A stretch of DNA of 64,000 nt from Promethearchaeota archaeon (lineage in GTDB: Archaea; Asgardarchaeota; Lokiarchaeia; Sigyniarchaeales; SOKP01). Shown here piece by piece: positions 63,148 to 64,000 of the stretch. The first letter of the stretch is position 1. Each line of letters begins with the position of its first letter. The position numbers were made by a program, and so were the translations under genes. Location of the stretch: the NCBI GenBank assembly GCA_019057865.1, contig JAHLWP010000006.1:1-64000 (forward strand), written 5' to 3'. The notes under the pieces were generated by a model, which made no database searches, was not told the origin of the DNA, and worked only from the letters and a program-made list of their open reading frames with translations.

Positions 63148-63221
63148 TGGGCCAGGAGAGACTTGAACTCCCGACCTTCGCGGTGTAAACGCGACGTCAT
63201 ACCAAACTAGACCACTGGCCC
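63148..63221 (-). tRNA. tRNA-Val(TAC)
   Basis: GGGCCAG/CTGGCCC acceptor, TCGCG-TTTACAC-CGCGA anticodon arm, GTTCAAGTC T-loop; CCA not encoded. Confidence 0.95.
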
Positions 63222-63232
63222 TATATTTTAAA

Positions 63233-63336
63233 CGCTCAGGGTGGGATTCGAACCCACGAGTCCGTTCGGACACCGGTTTAGCAGACCGGCGCTAATGGCA
63301 CAATTATATTGTTCTACCAGGCTAAGCGACCTGAGC
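63233..63336 (-). tRNA. tRNA-Ser(GCT) with a 20-nt non-canonical D-arm intron (63294-63313)
   Basis: GCTCAGG/CCTGAGC acceptor, CCGGT-CTGCTAA-ACCGG, long variable arm. Intron motif TGGT-AGA-ACAAT...ATTGT-GCCA-TTA. Confidence 0.93.
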
Positions 63337-63452
63337 GCAATTTTTTCAATAGTAAAGAGTATTACATTTTGAATATAACAATTCAAAATTTTAATACTTT
63401 TTCATACAATTATTCTACTAAAGCATTAGTAAAATAAGAAACTGAATGCAAA

Positions 63453-64000
63453 TTATTTATTAGGTTTTTTACGTTGATTATCTAAGTATTCTTTACGAGT
63501 TTTTGTATCAAGACGATACCATAAAACACCTAATGGAATACATATTACCCAGTTAATTACTAAGTAAATAAAACATATAATACCCCCACCAAGATTAATA
63601 CCAATAATACTAGCACAGTAATGATTATCATATAATGCCTCAACAATCCCAAAATAAAATATCTGTGCTAATAAAATATGATAAGTTGATTTTCCGATCA
63701 GAGAAACCATACCTGCAAATCTATTATCTGATTTTTTGGGCAATAGCATAATTACAAATAGAACTAAAAACGCAGAATAAGGATAAAAGAAATAATTGTA
63801 ATCACCTACTATAAAAGAAAAGCGAATATCATAGAATTGATAAATAATAATGTAAAAAAGACTCAATGGAAATAATATTAACATAAAAAAATTTTGTTTT
63901 GCCAAGATCCTATGATTTTTGGAAAACCACATTCCTAACCCAACAGCAGAGAGATGAAAGAAAATGTTGCAGATAAAAAACCATGCTAAGAAGAGAGTAT
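63453..64000 (-). CDS. Acyltransferase-3-like membrane protein, 3' part (5' end outside the window)
   Basis: Hydrophobic; IGKSTYHILLAQ motif; frame open to the window edge. Confidence 0.6.
   Translation of the reverse strand, partial: TLFLAWFFICNIFFHLSAVGLGMWFSKNHRILAKQNFFMLILFPLSLFYIIIYQFYDIRFSFIVGDYNYFFYPYSAFLVLFVIMLLPKKSDNRFAGMVSLIGKSTYHILLAQIFYFGIVEALYDNHYCASIIGINLGGGIICFIYLVINWVICIPLGVLWYRLDTKTRKEYLDNQRKKPNK

Noticed and set aside
1-64000. CRISPR arrays, rRNA, IS transposases, integrases and selenoprotein UGA read-through
   Set aside because: None were recognisable by eye in this window.

Overview
An AT-rich archaeal chromosome segment, most likely Asgard (Lokiarchaeia-like). This assignment rests on archaeal information-processing genes (srp54, eIF5A, NOB1, fen1, cdc48, exosome/proteasome cluster, KEOPS Pcc1/Cgi121, rpl37ae, prefoldin) together with a profilin-like and a roadblock/LC7 protein. 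It also holds metabolic genes (purB, purM, nadC, pyrC, pfk, porCDAB, ECF transporter) and two tRNAs. The main finding is that two protein-coding genes are each split by a tiny frameshifting, stop-containing insert: UDP-glucuronate decarboxylase (2684-2714, 31 nt) and an alpha/beta hydrolase (14727-14758, 32 nt). Each insert folds into a bulge-helix-bulge (BHB) motif. Cutting at the standard tRNA-splicing-endonuclease positions restores the frame and a conserved family motif exactly (GHVN|PVG and HPHPQ|FGG). Each intron-bearing gene lies directly downstream of, and co-oriented with, a different free-standing putative homing endonuclease (a Zn-ribbon-repeat PD-(D/E)xK protein and an intein-derived LAGLIDADG protein). 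A decayed paralog of the first nuclease sits upstream of an FGGY kinase whose 5' end is duplicated. The inferred, untested model is 'collaborative homing', in which mRNA micro-introns or recoded alleles protect the nuclease target. All calls come from reading motifs by eye; no database searches were run.
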